From: Zygnema circumcarinatum SAG 698-1b
Lineage: Eukaryota > Plantae > Zygnematophyceae
DNA length: 64,000 nucleotides
Assembly: GCA_037447605.1 (NCBI GenBank)
Contig: CM074806.1
Span: forward strand, 4,464,001 to 4,528,000
Direction of reading: 5' to 3'
Below are positions 37,662-62,497 of this stretch, piece after piece. The translations under genes were made by a program, and so were the position numbers. Each line of letters opens with the position of its first letter. The stretch's first letter is position 1. Below the pieces are notes generated by a model. The model was not told the origin of the DNA, did no database searches, and worked only from the letters and a program-made list of their open reading frames with translations.

Positions 37662-38875
37662 CCACTTTACCCTATCTTCAAATGCTTCTTTGATGAGCGA
37701 CACCGCCAGCACCAACACCAAGGGTGCGACATTTGTCACAGGCGCTACAGGGCTGCAGAGTCAATAAACAACGCCCTCGTTCACACATACTCAAACCACT
37801 TCTAAAAATGTGTGGACTATACGGACAAGGGAAAACGTAACGCGAAATGAAAACTGGCGAAGACCTACGTGAAGTCTGGTAGGTGAAGGAGAGAAGGAAA
37901 ACTTTTTTACTTTTTTACCGAGGAATGAAGACTTCCTTCGAAATGACTCACAACACTTCGACAAACATTGAGCGAGTAACATTGGCTTCACTTATACACG
38001 AATGTCTTGAAACTAATGGAATGAGGGATCAATTGGAGCACCTGACAGGAGTCGTTGAGAGAATCGCAATCAAGAGAAAGTAGAGGTTTGCAACACGGCG
38101 AAACTGCAAACAAGGAATCTAAGGATTAGAAAGTAACGAGAGAGGGAGAGGACGAAAAGATGAGGGAGAGCCCAGGATGTTGAATTAGGCATCTAGAGCA
38201 TCCAAAGGCTCGAAGTCTGCCAGAAATATCAAACAAAACCAATTCGTTTTGAAATATATGGATTGGGAAACAAACAAAACAAACTGTGGCGGTACGTCTA
38301 TCGATCTGTAGCCTCGAAATTTTCCTTACTTCACTACCATACAAGGTTCGGAAACATATAAAAAAACAAAAAATTGAAAGAGAAAACTCGATGTGAGGAG
38401 TGGTTTAGAAGACGACTATTTTCAGCCTCACCTGCTCAAATAAGCCCTTGGGTAAGAACGATAACAAAGAGTATTTGGTGGTCGAAACTGCATTACTCTG
38501 TCACACCATTGAAAAACACAAAAAAATAGGAAAGAGATTAACTGTCCTTACACAAAACAATCTTTTATCGCACATAATTCATAAAAACCCAGAAAACCAA
38601 AAAATGAAAACCAGATACAATCCAAACTCACATCCTGCAGAATTCTGAACCATCGGATTATAGGGAATCGAAACAAGAGCAGATATGAGAGGCACCTTGT
38701 AACCGAACTGAAAGCCGGATCGCGGATCGTTACAGAAAACAGTTCTATGGCTGCTATGCACAACGGTGTGCGCCAAGGCCGGGCTCTCTAAGGAGACTCC
38801 TGCACTCTGCAGGGGCTGCTCCTGCTCCGCATTGAGCCTCCCCCATCGATAAGGGGAGGTCCAACTGTCAAACAT
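27161..38875 (-). CDS. ALA3: P4-type ATPase phospholipid flippase, ALA3-like
   Basis: Many-exon gene from ATG 38875 to stop 27161-27163. Motifs: [83 protein letters not shown] (phosphorylated Asp, ~34510), [79 protein letters not shown]. Contains an N-gap in an intron. Confidence 0.95.
27508..27560 (+). repeat. Interstitial telomere-like array (TTTTTAGGG-type units) in the last ALA3 intron
   Basis: tttagggttttcagggtttttagggtttttagggtttttaaggcttttagggg. Confidence 0.7.
30258..30267. other. Assembly gap (10 N)
   Basis: Run of n next to a poly-C tract in an ALA3 intron. Confidence 0.99.
30721..30760. repeat. 13-bp tandem repeat x3 (agtggcttggtta), intronic
   Basis: Three exact copies. Confidence 0.85.
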
Positions 38876-39711
38876 GGCTCACTGGAGCTGCCAGAACTGG
38901 CGGATATGACGGAATATACCGGCAATATATAGAGATATACTGTGTAACAAAGGTTGCAAAGTCGAGGAAACCACCCTTAATACAATACCAATATAATTGA
39001 GATATGTGGCAACAACGGCTACAGTGTGCTGAGGAAACGGCAATATGTTGAGATATCTCGTCAGGAAGGAGTGAGCTGCTGGAGAAACCCTAATTCTGGA
39101 GGAACGACTTCCCCTGAGCCCTAAAATCGGTTGGTGGAGTCACTTTAGAGGCTATGCATACGGTTGACAGAGGGTGGATGTTGGTTGGTAAAGTGTAAGC
39201 ATTTCATACATATCAATAATCCAGCAGCACAAAAAAGGCCCTACACTACGAGGTCCTGTCTGCCAGCTCTCCCTTACACCGTCGTTCCCTCTCTCGTCTC
39301 CATTCCTTTCAGTTTTATCGCACGATCTCAATGGATATCAGGACAATGCAAGTCCAATGCTGCTGATCATGCATGAACATACAGTGTGAGAAAAAGAAAA
39401 GAGCCGTTTGCTTGTGCTTTCTCTGAATGTGAGCGTGTATGAGAGGGAGGGAGAGAGCACTGAGAAGAGTGGGGGAGAGAGGGAGAGAGAGAGGGGGAGG
39501 AAGATTCCAAGAAGGCTCTGACGTTGTCTTGAGAGCTCAGACCGAGAGCCGTGCAGCTCTGCGACGCCATGCGACGTTATGCGACGAAATTCAGCAAATC
39601 GCGTTTGTCCTATGACCAACCTTGGCATCTAATTGGATGAGCGACAATATGACGTACACAAAAGGTACGGAATGCCAATTTCGTACGCAACGTGCGTCAC
39701 TACTCCAAAAG

Positions 39712-39735
39712 TATGACGTCATAAGGGGCGGAGCC
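39712..39735. promoter_or_regulatory. TGACGTCA (bZIP/CRE-like) palindrome and GC box in the promoter upstream of ALA3
   Basis: TATGACGTCATA at 39712-39723 is a perfect 12-bp palindrome, followed by GGGGCGGAGC. Confidence 0.4.
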
Positions 39736-39974
39736 TCAAACTGGGACGTACGGCTGGTTTGCAGTTTTTTAAAATAATCACTGTTTAAGGCAATTTTACG
39801 ACACTGAAATTTTCGCGTCTGACTGGTTTATGCAGCTGTTCTGTGAAACTAGTGCAGCACAGAGCCGTTGTGTTCCACGGAACTGGCTGGTTTGACGGCA
39901 GATGTATGTGCCTCCACAGCTAGAAAAGGGTTCTGCAAAACGGTTCTGCGGCAATTGGCGGCGCTGGAGAAATG

Positions 39975-40873
39975 AGGGGGAGAAAGAGAGAGGGCGAAAG
40001 AGAGAGGGAGTGAACGAAAGTTAGTGAGGGAGAGAGGGAGAGAAAGTATTTTGAAAGGTGTAGAGAGAGGGATACGAGAGAGGATGGGGGAGAGAGGTGT
40101 AAAGAGGTGGGGGGAGAGAGAGATAGGGGAGCGAGAGCAGGGAGAGAGGAAAGCGAGGTGTAGCAGCTTGCGGAGAAGCGTCCTAAGCTGCCAGGTGAAG
40201 CCTATTCCATCTGTTTTATCTTGCTATATGACAAGGCGTTTCTTGAATAAGATAGGAAGTCCAATGCTGCCGTTGTTTCATTGTTTCGATTCCATGCCAG
40301 CTTGTCTCTCGTTCACTTTTTTTCGTCCCTTCTCTTGGTTTTGAAACTTCTGCATCATTTTTAAAGCTTGTGGCTGTTTCCCTTCGCCATGAGCTTATAC
40401 GCTGGTGCGACATTGTGGGGCTTTGCTCTGAACCCTCCATTGGCACGGAGGAGCACTGCCAATGTGCTCCTTTGTTTTGACTATTGGAGGGGACATTCTC
40501 TTCATGCTGTCCTCTTCCAAGCAATATGGATCTCTTATGTTTGTTTCTTAACTTGTGAAGTGGGTGTGGCATTTCATCTCGATCTATAAATCATCAGTCA
40601 TTTTTCTCTCTCGATGTTTGAAGTATTAATGTTTTTTCAGCCTGCTCCACTCTCTGCAGGTATTGTAATTGTCTGAAGGGAGTACAGAACGGAAGGCGTC
40701 TGAAAAGATATATGGACTATATCCTTTTTTTGAATCATGTCGGGATTCGAGCTGTGAAGAAACCTGCAAATCTTTGGACAGCTTCAACACAAACAACTCT
40801 CTTGCTTCCGCAAATGGATATGATGTTCTCTCTATGAGGCTGAAGAGGAGTTGGCAGATCTTGTATCTGCTGG
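39975..40873 (+). ncRNA. Candidate spliced non-coding (or short-ORF) transcript divergent from ALA3
   Basis: GA-rich leader ending at donor CAG|GTGAAG (40194), acceptor TCTCTGCAG (exon from 40660) and donor TGG|GTAAGG (40873). No recognisable protein is encoded. Confidence 0.25.
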
Positions 40874-41299
40874 GTAAGGTAATTGGAAACGTGAGGATGA
40901 TGGTAAAGCTAAACTGAAAAAAAAAGAAAAAAAAAGAAAGATAACGAAACAGCCGAAAATGACGAACATTATTTACATAATTTTGAAACCGTGGCGCCTA
41001 CATCACGGAGTGATGGTACGGTGCAAAAATGGTAACGGGTTATCCGCCTCTGAAATTTGTCCAGGTGTTGCAACATCATTTTTTAATAATTTTGTTCAAG
41101 GAAAAGGCTGGAATGTAGCCACCATCCAATAAATGGGCGTGTATCAAAACGGCAGAGAGCAAAAAGGCAGCCCAATGGGAATCAGGCTACCAGCTTTTCT
41201 TTGCTAAAATTGTTTCACTGAGTCTGAACAAACTTCTTAGAATTCCCAAAATGTTAACGAAGAAGAGATTTTGGCATTGAAAAATTAAGATATCTCCGC

Positions 41300-47650
<6,351 letters not shown>

Positions 47651-48152
47651 ATCTTCAAGAGATGAAGGGAAAAACAGTCTGGCAGTACAATGGTTGCAGG
47701 CTTGTGAAGTTTATGGTTTTGCGGCGATGCTTTCGTTGAGGGTACAGTAGTAGTGGAATACTGCACTGGCTTGCTGCATGTGAAGGGCAGAATAGACGGA
47801 AGCTGAAAGTGGAGGCTGCCACTAGGCTGCAGTTTGCTATGAAAGCGTTTTAGGGCTCCCTCGCTCTCAGCTCGCCCGCCATGGCGACCTGCGCAGCAGA
47901 AGCCGCCACAAACCCTAACGGCAACCCTTGTGCTAGTTCTATTGCTGCAATTGCGTCCCGCGAAACAGCGATGGAACTGAGACCATGGAACGCCGAGCGG
48001 CCGAACTTCGAAACGACAAATCCCAGCCCTGTCTACCGTATCGAAAAGGAGCTGTTGATCTGAGATCTACCGGTGACAAGCTGGCTGGGTCTACCTGTAC
48101 GGCAGGATGATCCAGCTGGATTTTGATTCCAATTCCAACGGCCATAAACTAA

Positions 48153-49100
48153 GGGTAGTGATATTTCCACCCCTTTTTTGGATCCAAACACCCCTTCCCG
48201 GCCGGGCAGATTTCAAAAAGGATTAAAAACGGAAAATGCTTTCTTCACACCTTTTTGGAATCGATACCCACCTTCTTCCGTCGGCTGATTTTATTTTTGC
48301 TAACCAAGGAAAATGATACCCCGTCACTGCATTTTGAATACTGTATCCCGCCTCCCTGAATTTTTTTTTAGAGGGAAAGAAATATCTGCCTGCCCGAATC
48401 CGCTCGGAGCGGAAGATCCGTCCGCCACGAGATCGTTCGCGGGTGTCCGTCCTTCACACGTGTGTGTCAATCGCATCTGTCGATTCCCTCGCAGATCGCA
48501 CCACTGCAGATCACCGTTCGATCTGCAGCCGGGCTCGATCTTAGCGAATGGTAAGCGCCCACGAGTCCCGTCAAAGCCAAATCGCACGTGCGAGTGCGCG
48601 CGTCCCTCGGCCCGAGATCTCGTCATTGTTAGCTCCCAGCCAATCAACATCTGCCACGTGTTACGTTTTGACGTGGAAACTTTTGATTGGTCCAAGCTCT
48701 CAATGTACCAAATTTTGGGTTCCTCACAGCTGCGACCGTACGACATTTGTACGGACGAACTTTTGAGGCGACTTTGGCGGGATACGTGTGCACTTGCCAT
48801 TCGCTGTGACCGAGCCCGGCTGCAGGTCAAATAGCGATCTGCCGTGTTGTGATCTGCTAGGGAATCGACGGCTGCGATTGACCGCACGCGTGAAAAGAAA
48901 TTCAGGTAGGCGGGATATTCAAAATGGGGTGACGGGTTATCATTTTCCTTGTTTCGCAAAAATAAAATCTGCCGATGGAGGGTGGGTATCGATTCCAAAA
49001 AGGTGAGAAAAAGCATTTTCCGTTTTTAATCCTTTCTGAAATCTGCCCGGCCGGGAAGGGGTGTTTGGATCCAAAAAAAGGGGTGGAAATATCACTACCC
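48153..49100. mobile_element. Non-autonomous foldback DNA transposon (PIF/Harbinger, Tourist-like MITE), 948 bp
   Basis: Ends GGGTAGTGATATTTCCACCCC...GGGGTGGAAATATCACTACCC flanked by TAA on both sides (48150-48152, 49101-49103). Inverted arms are near-identical for ~120 bp and similar for ~210 bp, with a further inner inverted segment (~48450-48556 vs ~48790-48897). No transposase ORF. Confidence 0.88.
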
Positions 49101-49203
49101 TAAGCTAAACGTGTTCGTACGGTATCGTACTTTAAGAGTTAGGTTCAGTTCAGGTTTAAGCTGAAAGGTTATGTTCAGTTTGTGTGAAGTTAAGGAATCT
49201 ATA

Positions 49204-49305
49204 ATTTACACACCTTTTGGCTAGATACACACCTTTTTGGTATAAAAAACACGAAAATCTGAACGGCGAAAATAGGTGTGTATCTTTCCAAAAAGCTGTG
49301 TAAAT
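49204..49305. repeat. Small imperfect inverted repeat (~33-bp arms), possible MITE relic
   Basis: atttacacaccttttggctagatacacacct at 49204 pairs with aggtgtgtatctttccaaaaagctgtgtaaat ending at 49305. Confidence 0.5.
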
Positions 49306-49443
49306 AGCTTCTGAAGTTGTGTTCAGTTCATGTTAGGGTTACGTTTGGGGCTCTGACCGAGGCGCGAGCTGAGGTGAGGACTCGCATGAGAGGGTTCAGG
49401 AATTAGGGTTTGAGGATCGAGGGAGGAAGGCCGGCCGGCAGCC

Positions 49444-56139
<6,696 letters not shown>

Positions 56140-56320
56140 AGGGCAAATTTAGGTTTACTCTTCTTTTAATTCTTTCGTTGTTGATGTTGTTGTTTTCTTT
56201 TTTCTTTTGCTGAGCCCTCGGGGGGGCGAGTGGGGGGGAGGGGAGCCAAGAGGTGTTATCCTGGAAAGTTTGAAGAAGGAAAGGAAGCATCCTTCTTTTT
56301 TATTATTCTCTCCTCTTTTT

Positions 56321-56450
<130 letters not shown>

Positions 56451-58809
56451 CCACAGGCACACACCTCTCCCTCTCTCCTTCTCTCCCGCTCCCTCCCCTC
56501 TCTTGCTCTTCCCCACCCGACGATTCACTCTTCTCACACACACTTATCTTTGCACCATTTTCTTCACCATTTCTTATCAGAATGTATGTGGTCCGTTCAA
56601 CTTACAGCCACTTTGGAGCTTAGTGAACAGAATTTTTTTAGTAATTTCTTAAAAGAGAAATTAGCATTTTTTTCCTTTCTAGTGTGGTGATGCATGAGCG
56701 GGAATGCCCCTGAACAATGTGTCAATGAGGAAAGAGCTGTTGCAGTGTCTTCATATTGCTATGTTGGAGAAGCCCGACATGCCCTTGGAAGCCTATAGAT
56801 GTGAAGCTATGAGAGGATGCTATGTAACGAGATGGATGTGACATGTGATGCCATGCATTGTGACCATGTCATGTGACGGAATGTGAAAAGTAGTATGGCA
56901 TGGGATATAGGTCACCTCCATCCCCACCTTCGTCCTCTTGTCCCTCTCCCTCCTCTCCCACACTTCGCTCACCTTGGGGGGTGCTTGCGGGTTCCTGGGC
57001 TCCTTCATTCCCATGCTTAGTTGTTTGTTCTCTTTTTTGTTCGTTGTTTGTTGTTCCTATTGCCGTTCCGTTTTGTTATGTTTTGGGTTTGAACTTGTAT
57101 ATATGTCATCTGTGAAGTCACGTCGAACATGATGATATTTTAGGGTTTTTAGGGTTTTTGGCGCCATGCGCACCGCAACTGCGAAAACAATATATGCTTT
57201 AGATGAGAGTCCTTAAGGAAACTGTCATATCAAGCATGTCCCTTCTGGACTCCTCCGAAGTAAGGTTTTTAGATTAGGTTATTTCACTATTTTTTTTCTA
57301 CACATTTGCTAATTTTATTGTTACACTTCGAGTACTATCTTATCCTCGAAAATTTTATAAGTTCGCTTTCCATTTTTTTCTTACTGGTGTGTTAGCCACA
57401 ATGCTGTCCTCGCTCCTCATCTTTACAAGGCATATGCTACCTTGCAAAAGCAGAAACTGCGAAAGTAAGTCCTCTGATTTAACCGGTAGCAACTGATAAG
57501 CGTGAAAGTAAAAGGGCCGTGAAAAGGGCAGGTTAAAATTATTTATTAAAATTGTTTTTTTCTCCTTCGTTAAAGAGCATTTCTAATGGTTTACACAAAT
57601 TATGAAAATTTATGTTTCGTTTGCTCGTTTGACCAAGACACGCTAGCGTCGTCTATCTCCAAATAAAAACTACTATTAAGAATTTATTGGCCAACTTAAT
57701 ACTAAGAAATAATATCAAATTGGTCAAACAATTTCTCAGTAGTAATACTTGTTAATTGTAGATTTTGGGATAAATCATGCAAGGGAAAACAGAGCACTCT
57801 TTAACCTTCAAACCAAAATTAAGAGAAGGGAAAAATCCAAAGCAGGCAAGAACACTTCCAATTTGGTCACTCGACATTGTGGTTTGAAGTTAAAGAATTT
57901 TTACGTCAAAAAACATGAAAGGTACAAAAGGAGGAGAATGACCACTTGAAGCCTTCATGGCATGAAATAAATAGAAAAATGTGGTAGCAGAAAACAAAGA
58001 AAACGTGGAAAAAGAGAGAGCACTGAGATTTTCCCTAAATTTCTGAAAATTACCCAATTACCTATTTATGGAACATACAACTACTCTACTGAACTACAAA
58101 AAATTACAATTTCTGAACCCCTCCCCTTCCCCTTCCCCTGCAGAGGAGGAGCCCAACCAAGCACCTGCAAGTTTCATAATTACAGTTTGTCTGAACCCCA
58201 GCATAAATTCCCCTATTAGCAATTAAGCTGCCAGCTCTAAATTCTTGAACCCTAACACCCTAAAACCCTGACTGAGCCCCCAACATCTCGGAGACTGTTT
58301 AAAACATGAGCGAGTCACGTCACATCACGTCACGTCACGTCGCAGTAAAAGGGGTCCCCATTCGAGAGGGGGGAAGAGGGAGAAACCCTCTCTGCAAAAA
58401 AATTCGGCACAAGTCTTTCTGAAGGTTCGAGTAAGAGTCTCAGGCAATATTTTATTACATTTCCGCCCATCGCCAATTCTCATCTTCTTTGGCCTCTCTT
58501 TATGACACACATCTCCTCCTCCTCCTCCTCCTCCTCCTCTCTCCCACCACACTACCTCCTTCCCTTCCCTCTCTCTCTCATCGCCTCCCTCCATACCCCC
58601 ATCGGGTACTCCCACCGCTCCTCCTCTCCCTCCCCCCCCCCTCTCCCCCCCTCTCCCCACCTCATGCTGTGACCTCACCACTATAACCAACTACTCCATA
58701 CAGACGTCACAACCCCGCATGCTGACGTCACCAACCTACCAAACTACCCTATGCTGACATCACCACACCCCCACCCAATCCTCGCCCCAGCATCCTTCCA
58801 TTGCTGACG

Positions 58810-61800
58810 TCACCGCCGGTAGAACCCCAGAGTGCATGCGTCAGCCCTAGGATGCCAAAGCTCCACATTGAGGCTGGCGAGGTCTAAGCAGCGCACTGTC
58901 CGCCTTCCCCTCCACTCCCTCTGAAGCTCTGAAAGCTGCTGCTCCAAACTGGGCTGCCTTAGGGCAGCGGCAGCCAAGGCCACCTTCCTCTCTACCTCTC
59001 TCGCCGCCTCTCTCTCCATCTCTCTCTCCCTCTCTACCTCCCGCTGCATCTCCCTCTCTCTCACTCCCTCCTGCTTCCCTCCGAACATGGCGTCCGTCAA
59101 ACCCACTTCCGAGGGTCCAGTGAGTGGGGGGCTCCCTACCACTGCCCCTATCCCTTCGGAGTAAGGGTTTGAGATTTTCAGCATTTTAGAGTTTCTGCCA
59201 TAGAAAGCTGCTGCTCCCCCAAGTGGGTCTGAGACAGTTCTCTGCGGGGGCCTCCCTCCCTCTACCTCCTTCCTCTTCCTCCCGTACTGAGGGTACGAGT
59301 AGGAGCCTCCTCCCACTGTCCCCAACATCTCCTCTCCCTCACTCCCCGTCCTCCTCAGCATCGCAGAATTAGGGTAAGGGTTCGCATTTCCCTGAGGACT
59401 AAAGCTCAATTCGGAATCGAATCTCGGGCAGAAATTGAGATTCGAGTTAAAGCTCCTCCCCATCAGCAGCTCATCTCCTCGTCCTCCTCCTCCCTCTCTC
59501 CTCCTCCCTCCTCCTGCTGCCTCCTGCACTGCCGCTGCCATGAAAGCATCTGCAACTGCGCCTGCTGCCCGGACTCCATGGATTGAAGGTCCGGCCGCCC
59601 TCAGAGTCTCTGGGGTCAATGAAGTCAACAAAGTCTTGTGGGTCTGCATAGTCTGCGAAGCACTTGCAGCCGAAGCAGGAGTCTCCGAAGTCAACAAAGT
59701 GTCCGAAGTCATCAAAGTCTCCGACGGTGAACTGCCGGCGGGTTCCATGTCGATACAGTCAGCGAGCCACATCGCCATTTCCATGTCATCGAGAGGGCAA
59801 TCCATGGGAGCGGGAGAGAGAGAGGGAGAGGGGAGAGGGAAGGAGAGGTCCAGGATGGCGTTCTGCCACGTGGCGAGGGTGGAGGGAGAGTCGAGGGTGG
59901 GAGGGGGGGAGCAGGAGGGGAAGGACAAGGGGGAAGCTTCCTGGAAGTTGGGTCGAGGATGCATGGAAGCTTCCTCCGAGCTCGAATCCATGGTTGCTGA
60001 GGTAGTGGCTAGAGGAGGGAGGTCGAGGAGCCATGGCTCCGCTTCGTGATGTGCTGCTTGCTCGACTGCTGGAAAAAATGATAGGAAATAGAGAAGAAAA
60101 GAAAATGGTTAGACACATTTTAAACCAAAAGTGAGAGAGGGTCTGAGGTGGGGTGCGGTGACTCTAGAATAAGGCGAGGGGGAGAGAGAGAAGGGGGAGG
60201 GAGGAAGGGAGGGGAGGGAGGGAGGGGAGGAGGGAGGGAGAGAGGGAGGGAGGGAGGGAGAGAGGGGNNNNNNNNNNCAAGGCCACCTTCCTCTCTACCT
60301 CTCTCGCCGCCTCTCTCTCCATCTCTCTCTCCCTCTCTACCTCCCGCTGCATCTCCCTCTCTCTCACTCCCTCCTGCTTCCCTCCGAACATGGCGTCCGT
60401 CAAACCCACTTCCGAGGGTCCAGTGAGTGGGGGGCTCCCTACCACTGCCCCTATCCCTTCGGAGTAAGGGTTTGAGATTTTCAGCATTTTAGAGTTTCTG
60501 CCATAGAAAGCTGCTGCTCCCCCAAGTGGGTCTGAGACAGTTCTCTGCGGGGGCCTCCCTCCCTCTACCTCCTTCCTCTTCCTCCCGTACTGAGGGTACG
60601 AGTAGGAGCCTCCTCCCACTGTCCCCAACATCTCCTCTCCCTCACTCCCCGTCCTCCTCAGCATCGCAGAATTAGGGTAAGGGTTCGCATTTCCCTGAGG
60701 ACTAAAGCTCAATTCGGAATCGAATCTCGGGCAGAAATTGAGATTCGAGTTAAAGCTCCTCCCCATCAGCAGCTCATCTCCTCGTCCTCCTCCTCCCTCT
60801 CTCCTCCTCCCTCCTCCTGCTGCCTCCTGCACTGCCGCTGCCATGAAAGCATCTGCAACTGCGCCTGCTGCCCGGACTCCATGGATTGAAGGTCCGGCCG
60901 CCCTCAGAGTCTCTGGGGTCAATGAAGTCAACAAAGTCTTGTGGGTCTGCATAGTCTGCGAAGCACTTGCAGCCGAAGCAGGAGTCTCCGAAGTCAACAA
61001 AGTGTCCGAAGTCATCAAAGTCTCCGACGGTGAACTGCCGGCGGGTTCCATGTCGATACAGTCAGCGAGCCACATCGCCATTTCCATGTCATCGAGAGGG
61101 CAATCCATGGGAGCGGGAGAGAGAGAGGGAGAGGGGAGAGGGAAGGAGAGGTCCAGGATGGCGTTCTGCCACGTGGCGAGGGTGGAGGGAGAGTCGAGGG
61201 TGGGAGGGGGGGAGCAGGAGGGGAAGGACAAGGGGGAAGCTTCCTGGAAGTTGGGTCGAGGATGCATGGAAGCTTCCTCCGAGCTCGAATCCATGGTTGC
61301 TGAGGTAGTGGCTAGAGGAGGGAGGTCGAGGAGCCATGGCTCCGCTTCGTGATGTGCTGCTTGCTCGACTGCTGGAAAAAATGATAGGAAATAGAGAAGA
61401 AAAGAAAATGGTTAGACACATTTTAAACCAAAAGTGAGAGAGGGTCTGAGGTGGGGTGCGGTGACTCTAGAATAAGGCGAGGGGGAGAGAGAGAAGGGGG
61501 AGGGAGGAAGGGAGGGGAGGGAGGGAGGGGAGGAGGGAGGGAGAGAGGGAGGGAGGNNNNNNNNNNGGAGGAGGGAGGGAGAGAGGGAGGGAGGGAGGGA
61601 GAGAGGGGAGGGAGGGGAGGGAGGGAGGAAGGGAGGGGAGGAAGGGAGGGGAGGGAGGGAGGGGATGAGGGAGGGGAGGAAGGGAGGGAGGGGAGGAGGG
61701 GGGGAGGGGAGGAGGGAGGGAGGGAGGGAGGGAGGGAGGGAGAGTCTCCGTACCTGAAGAGCGGGTTTCAGAAGCGGCGCTGAACTGCTGCGAGCCCCAC

Positions 61801-62099
61801 GCCTTCACAGCCGGCTCCCTCGCATCGCGCGGAGGGTCAGACACGGAATTATTTACACTAAATTTGGCCCCATCGAAATTTAAGCCATTGCAACCATTGG
61901 CGCTGCTCGCGGCGGAGCTTTGCGCGGGAGAGGCGCTGCGCCGCCATGGATTGCGCATCAGGCGGTTGTCGTTTGTGAGGAGCCACTCGGGGGCAGCCTC
62001 CCTCCGCTCTCCCTCCCTCTCCCTCTCTCTCCCTCCCAGACTCTTCAACAGAGCCAACTGCATCAGGAGGCTAAGCTCCGACTCTGAACTCTCTGCCAT
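58810..62099 (-). CDS. Uncharacterised Ser/Pro/Gly-rich protein, two exons; exon 2 appears twice in the assembly
   Basis: Exon 1 62099-61754 (MAESSESELSLLMQLALLK..., donor G|GTACGG) splices in frame to acceptor TTTTTTCCAG|C at 60068 (or its copy at 61371), giving AVEQAAHHEAEPW...MDSSSEE...LWHPRADACTLGFYRR-stop at 58810. No domain recognised. Confidence 0.65.
58975..61556. repeat. Tandem duplication of ~1.28 kb (58975-60253 and 60278-61556) bounded by N-gaps
   Basis: Offset 1303 bp; no differences seen by eye; 10-N gaps at 60268-60277 and 61557-61566. Confidence 0.92.
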
Positions 62100-62497
62100 G
62101 GCTCTCTCCCTCTCCTTCTCTCCCTCTCCCTCTCCCTCCCTCTCTCCCTCCCGCACTCACTCTCTCTCTCTCCCTCTCTCTCTCTCTCCCTCTATCTCTT
62201 TCTTTCTGTTCGTCTCCCTTCTTCCTCACACCCTCTGTCTCCCTCCGTTCCGACTCCGCCTGCACTCCTTCTAGAGAACGTCCTCGGTCAGCCCTGAAAA
62301 AGAGCCTCCGGGCAGCGGGCAGCCCCAACTTGAAACCTTTTCCCCTTTCCCGTCCTTCCTGCCCGCCTGCCCGTCCGCGCCCCCCCGTCCCCAATTCCAA
62401 GCGGCCGCCGGCGACTGCCAGAGCCGCGCCCGCCGCCCGCCCTTGTACCCGCCCGCGCCTTGTCGTTTTGAGAGGGGCGCGGGCGGCGGCCGCGCGA

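Noticed and set aside
40427-40495. Telomerase RNA (CTGAACCCT as template next to a pseudoknot)
   Set aside because: The putative template is paired in the CCCTCCA/TGGAGGG stem, touches the pseudoknot with no spacer, does not match the TTTTTAGGG-like arrays, and I saw no USE/TATA Pol III promoter.
59435-61352. Plus-strand 204-aa ORFs (59435-60049 and 60738-61352)
   Set aside because: Antisense shadows of the minus-strand exon, repeated by the duplication.
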